Origin: Callorhinchus milii
Lineage: Eukaryota
Length of the DNA stretch: 64,000 bases
Direction of reading: 5' to 3'
NCBI RefSeq assembly: GCF_018977255.1
Contig: NW_024704743.1
Location: forward strand, 82,896,001 to 82,960,000
The notes under the pieces were generated by a model. The model did not search any database, was not told the origin of the DNA, and was given only the letters and a program-made list of their open reading frames with translations. Made by a program: the position numbers and the translations under genes. Positions 58,150 through 64,000 of the stretch are shown here, piece after piece; position 1 is the stretch's first letter, and each line of letters begins with the position of its first letter.

Positions 58150-58345
58150 GTACATGGTATCCTCCCTTGCCTCCTTCAAGATGCATCTCAAGACCCTTCT
58201 CTTTGACCATGCTTTTGGTCACCCTCATACCCCTACCCTCCCCGCCCTCCACCCCTCCTGATTCCAACCACCAGCTCGAGTGTAGATCCCTGACAGTCCA
58301 GCGCTTTGGGACATCCTCCTGACGTGAAAGGCGCTATACAAATGT
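58150..58345 (+). mobile_element. L2 3' end
   Basis: AGCGCTTTGGGACATCCTCCTGACGTGAAAGGCGCTATACAAATG. Confidence 0.85.
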
Positions 58346-58669
58346 CAACATGAAAGAAAAATGAAATTAAATGGCAAAGTCAGGAAGCAAACTTGGAGGG
58401 GTGATGTTCCAATGCTGCCGTTGTTCTTGTTTTCTCGGATGGTGGTGGTCACGGGGCTGGAAGTTGCCAGCAAATTCGAGTATTGTTTTAGCTAGGCATG
58501 AGTATTCCATCACAGTCCTAACTTGAGCTTTGAGAAGTTAGGAAGTGAGCCGTCACTCTTTACAGAATACTTAGCGTCTGCCCTGCTCATGTAGCGATGG
58601 TGTTGGTGTGTCAGGCCCAATTAAGCTTCTTATTTATGGTGAATCCCCTTAACACCCCTCCCCGACCAC

Positions 58670-58780
58670 CGCAGGTGCATCCTGACCACAGCACTATACA
58701 GTTTGTATATGACGTCTGGAGATTTGAACACACCTGATTCAGCAATACAGACCAGCATCCTGTTTGTTAGTTGCACACCT
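58670..58780 (-). mobile_element. CR1 ORF2 relic
   Basis: TNRMLVCIA..GVFKSPDVIYKLYSAVVRMHL resembles KANRMLG.I...YKS..V...LY.ALVRPHL. Confidence 0.65.
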
Positions 58781-61739
58781 AAGAGGAGAAGAGCAAAAGC
58801 TTTGAAATAAAGAGTATAATAATACCTCTCGGACGCAATTGTGAATGAACACAATACCTCAAAGACATCCAGATATTTCCTTTCAAATCCTTATAAATTT
58901 CTAAACTTAAAATGCTTGTTTGTTTATGGGCACAAGAATCCAAGCTACAAGAATCTTGATAATCATAGATCACTCATTTAATTTCATATTCTATTTGAAA
59001 TACTCTAATCTGTATTAATAACATGTTATTAAAACATGTTTAAAAAGGCTAATGGACTTGTGCTCCTCATGAGTTGACATTTGGTGTTGCAGTATATATT
59101 TGACTTTGGACATGCAATGTGTAAGAAGGTTACAATCTTGACTGGTTGGTTATCCTTCAGAGATCTATGATGATCACTTGTTATTCTCAGACCTTGTGTA
59201 TATCCACTCATTTTTAGGTGAGTGATCTGTGAAATGTTTTAGAATTTAGGGGGAAGAGACCTTCGGGTTTCGATAAATAAGGTGAGCAACGCAAAAGTTT
59301 TGCTTCTGTTACTGAGCCCAACAGGAATAAAAAGGTGTCGTTTATTTGAAATGTTAGGTGAGCTAATGTGTGGTTGAAACTAATTTTGCTTTCACTCACA
59401 TGAGCTGTAGTAGAGTGAATCTTTATTGTACCAGGAAAGGTGATAAAGGCCAGTAATTGTATATTATATTGTCCATGAACATCGGCCTGAAGACTGTTGC
59501 AGCAATTCATCGATCATGTAGGTGCTGTATTTTTTTCTACCTTAACCCTTCACTAATGCTAGTCTGTAGAAGTAAGGTTTTGATGGGGACTATGCCTGGG
59601 CAGGGGCTCACATTAATCAGCCCCCTTGTTCAACACTCCAGCTGACATAATTACAACCTGCGCACAGCAGTTATTCAAGTCGAGTCCTTGTCACTCGTGG
59701 TGCAAAACTACACAGCTCAGATCCCCAAGGAGATTGCCTTATCACATAGAACAAGGGCTCACAGGAGTTGAAGAGAATAGAAATGGGAAAATGTCTTTCG
59801 GGATCATCATATATTCCGTTAAAAAGACATTTGTAAGAGTTCCAAGGGACAAAAGATGAACATTGTGCGGTTTGCGAAACTGTATGGGACATTTTTAAAT
59901 GACTACATAGGCTTTTTTTATGAAGCAGATATGCATTATTCAAGTTTTTGTTGTAAAATCTGATTTCCTCGCTTTTACTGTAATTCCACAGATTCCTTTG
60001 TAAAAGTTGTTAAAATGAGACTCTTTTTGAGGAGAGAGGGGGAGGTTTGTATAAACGGAATTTTACCAGACAAGATTGGAACTGAGCATATAAAAAAATA
60101 AGCATGGATTACAAATGAGAACCTAGCAATGTCAAAGCATTTCCATTTAGTGTGTAATTCCGAGAGGTACATCAACAAATTTCATTTCTTCTGGGTTTAA
60201 AATATACGTCCCAAATGTTTTACAGATTGTAAAATCAATTTGTTTTCTTGCCAGCCAATAGGTTAGATATGCTGAGACAGTGCAGACCAATACCACACTT
60301 TTATTTTGGTAGATTTTAAACAAAAATGATTCCGTACAAATTTGATAGTATATTTGAATGAGTGAAACATGGTGTAGGAACCACTGCTTTACCATTGTAT
60401 TTGTGCAAACATTACATCCAATATGTGCATTCACATGCGTCTTTGTTTTGCAGTTATTGTAGCGTTTTAATAATGCTGTTTTCTTCGCATTTATCCTCTG
60501 AATCCACTCTTATACGTCTTTGCTTTACTAATCTACTTATTGTTCTACGTTACCAATCTGCCACAGGCCATCATGCTAGTATTTTCCGGGTCTCCCGAGC
60601 TTGAATGGTAATCATCCATTTTTAAACTAATTTTATTCTAAATGGAGACGCTGAGTAAGCTTTCTGTAGTCCTTTTCAACTTAAGTATCTTACTGAAGGC
60701 CATCACTGTAACGTCCCCACTAGGGTAGTCTGCTGCAGCTCGTAACATTATTGGAGTGTTTGTCCTCTGTATTATGCATCTTGTTTAAACTGTATGTGTC
60801 ACCTTTTGATGACCTTCATAGTCTCCTACGGTTACAAACGCCAGTTAGCTTACTAAAGCATTGCGATAAAAAGCATTTTGATACCATTTTTCTTTCATTT
60901 TTTTGAGGATGGTGAAAGAGAAGGAAGAGGATCAGCATACTTAGGAGCACTGCAAATTTTATTAGCTGTCTTCAGCCTTCTATTGCGAAAATGTGTTTGA
61001 ATTGTTATATATTCATTAAGATGCTAAAATATAGGTTATTCAGAATTTCTTATGAAGACCAACAAAAATATCAGTGTTTGACCTTGGATTATCTACTAGC
61101 TGTTGAAAGGGATGCCTTTGTGATTTAAGAGCAGACTTTAACTGTTTCTAAATTACTAAATTGTTTTGGTTTCTTATTCCATCATGTTGAATTCTGGAAA
61201 AAATGAAAGAAGAAAACTTACATTTTTATAGTGCCTTAACATGTTGAAATATCTTAGAATAATTATTGTGTAATGACTGTTATTTTTTAAATTTCTCCAG
61301 TGACTGTGGGTGCTAGTTTTATCTCTAGTTTTTGGCTTCAATGATGTTCTGTCGTGCACAATGCTCTTACGTTGAAAACATTTTTGGAAATTATTTTAGT
61401 TACAGATTGAATTACTTTCAAAGGATGGCAATTATAGAAGACGCCTTTCTAGACTTGCATGATAGCTTTGGGTGAAAAAATAAATTACAATATATGAAAA
61501 TGGGAATGTTTTAAAAATATAGCTGCAGAGGTTTGTATAATCATCTCCTTCCCTTCCCAACCCACCCCCACAAAACGTCCACTGCTTATGAATCATTTCC
61601 TTGTTTTAACAACTGTAGTTAACTTCAGGGGGAAAAAACTTTCATTTAACAGTTTATTGAAACAGTTGTTATTTTACTTAAGTTTATGGTTATTTTGATA
61701 CAAGATATTGATTGTGTAGCACCTCTTGTTAAGCAATCA

Positions 61740-61854
61740 TTTCGCCCACAAAATATACAGTCAATTCACTTTACAGTATATTCTATGAAGCGCTTTGAGA
61801 CATCTCAACGATGTGATAAGGCGCTAGATCAAATGCAAGGATTATTATTATTAT
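61740..61854 (+). mobile_element. DeuSINE-type SINE 3' part
   Basis: TTTCGCCCACAAAATATACAGTCAATTCAC...AAATGCAAGGATTATTATT. Confidence 0.85.
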
Positions 61855-64000
61855 CCTAGGCAATGAAAATTGTAATCTCCATTCACTGTAATCCATCCAT
61901 CATATAATAGAAGGATGTAAATTCGGCAACAGTTGCATCTATTTGGAGCTGTCCTTGAATTCTTCTCAGATTTTGCTGAGTGTATAAGGCTTGTTTGGAT
62001 TTGAGGAGCACGGGTCCTGCACAATGGAATATATAATGTACAGCAGAGTCTGAATTATCCAAACAATTCAGTTTGTTCCATAATAGTAGTGTGTATCGGA
62101 TCAGGTTAGTTAAAAAAAGACTCATTCCTACATACAAAAATACTTAGTGTTTTAACTATTGAACAGTTTTAGGCAGAAAATAATATTGTGAAAGAGATCT
62201 TATAAATATTACATTGAGAAGACAAAGGTGAATTCCTAGAAGAAGGGAAGCACAAGCTATTACTGTGGATTTTGCGTGGTGAAAGTTCAATATACATGTA
62301 TACAGGGGCGGCAATAACTGAACAAGCCTCGTGTAAAGCATCTTCCAGGTGCTCCGATGTTTGACATTATGTATTCCTTGCAACTGGACAGATTCCTCGG
62401 CAAAGATTAAGTTGTTTGTGAAACATGCACAGATGTTTCTGTGAAAATGGCACACATTTAGCTGTTTTTATTCTCGTAGTGTTTACCCTTTCCATGCTAT
62501 ACGAAATTTCCTGAGTCGTTTTTTTTACTGGGCGCCATGGCTGATGGCAATATTCATGCCCTCTGTATCAGAAACAGCTGTGAAGGCCAAAGAGCTGGAG
62601 TTTGATATTCTTGGTTCTATTCCTAGGGAAAATCGGGCTTGCTCCCCCAGGATCTGTTCACAGTTATGGATCAACCAAGATCCATAATAAGGCACCATTT
62701 TGAAATATTTTTTACAAGAGATAATCGAGCAACATTAATAACAGCATTAAAAAGCCGATGACTGTCTTTGTGATTTTTAGAGTTCCTGATTAAAAACAGT
62801 GCAGAGCAGGAAATGTAAATTGGACTTTATATTTACATTACTGTACTAACAGCAAAGCAACAGTGCTCCTGGATTAAACACAGTAATAATAATAAAAAAT
62901 TACATACGTAAATGAAATGACAGAAGTTACTGAGTTTTACCATGAATTGTTCCAGATGTATTTAAAAAAAAGCGAATGAAAATGTTATTACAATTCAATG
63001 TAGCTTTGGTCTATGTTGGCCGATCATTGGGAGAAAAAGTAGAACTTTGTCAATGCCATTCTCATCCTAGTTCTCCCTAATGATGTTGCTTTTTGCAAAT
63101 TACAATATTCAACGTTGGTTATTGTTATTAAAATGACAAGGAATTTTAACGTTTTAGATCCTGAAAACTGCTTCACTTGGATTTGTGTGAGCATCTGCCT
63201 TAATGTAGGAATTTAAGGTGATATTTCCATAAAAAAGGAAAATTAAAAAATTAAAGTTGAAGGTGGCCTGGAGCTGAAAAGGTCAAGAACTGGTAACTTC
63301 TGAAACAGAAGATCAAGGCACAAGGGTTTTCAAAACTAGAGCTTGCTCGGTTTGCTTGAATGAGTTTCACAAGTTGCAATTTGGGCTACTTGGTTCATAG
63401 TCCGTCACGAGGCAATCAATGTTTTAGGAGAAAATTGAGAAATGGTATCATGGCTTTGACATTGCCACGAAGCAGACCATGTAGCTGTACTTAGGTGGAG
63501 CAGAATGCATAACGAATGTTAAATGGTGGGAGTGGGGGGGGGGGTTTAAAGTATGGGCATTTATAGATTTGAAATATTCTGCAACTTTTTGTTCTGATCT
63601 CCAGCATTAAAAAAACTCCTGCAGTTTAAAATTAGTTATTTTCTTGAAATGTATGTTGACGTGCAAATTGTTACTTGCATTGTCAATGTTTCATTCACTC
63701 TTTATTCAGCTCTGTTATCAAGTTTTCAGTTGGCAACAGTGTCTGCAAACTTAAACATGACTAATAGTTGCGAAATCTCTAGCTTCCTAGTTAGCAGAAG
63801 ACTTTTTTAACTATATATTTTGAAGGACTGAAATTCACATTTATCTAGTTTCTTCATACACTTTGTTTGTATATTTCTTATCCTGTGTGTTTGTGCAGTC
63901 TCAGACTGAACCAGTACATGGCACAGGTATTGTGGTATATTCGCATTGTCCTTGAAAGTGTCCAGTCACACTGACTCAGAATCTATAATACATTGGATCC

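Noticed and set aside
58390..58565. Fragments resembling another shark LINE family
   Set aside because: Too short and decayed to assign by eye.

Overview
Eukaryotic vertebrate DNA, not prokaryotic. The repeat content suggests a cartilaginous fish, probably a chimaera or elephant shark (inference). The window is almost all intron of one + strand gene, ZNF407. Three internal coding exons (37357-37523, 43846-43929, 45074-45194) have canonical AG/GT ends and splice in frame into consecutive C2H2 zinc fingers; I did not find the flanking exons here. The introns hold many 5'-truncated L2 and CR1 LINEs, two DeuSINE-type tRNA-derived SINE families with L2-like tails, and older SINE relics resembling MamSINE1, LF-SINE and possibly AmnSINE2 (recalled from memory, to be verified). 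They also hold palindromic MITE relics, a TSD-flanked Penelope-like insert, a 36-bp minisatellite, microsatellites and repeat-free blocks that look like conserved enhancers. I see no evidence of a new multi-gene system. The best leads are a frame-closed three-exon cassette that could form a stop-free circRNA, a perfect-stem hairpin at 10.4 kb, close inverted repeat pairs and the ancient SINE relics. Repeat boundaries are approximate and identities are by-eye estimates.
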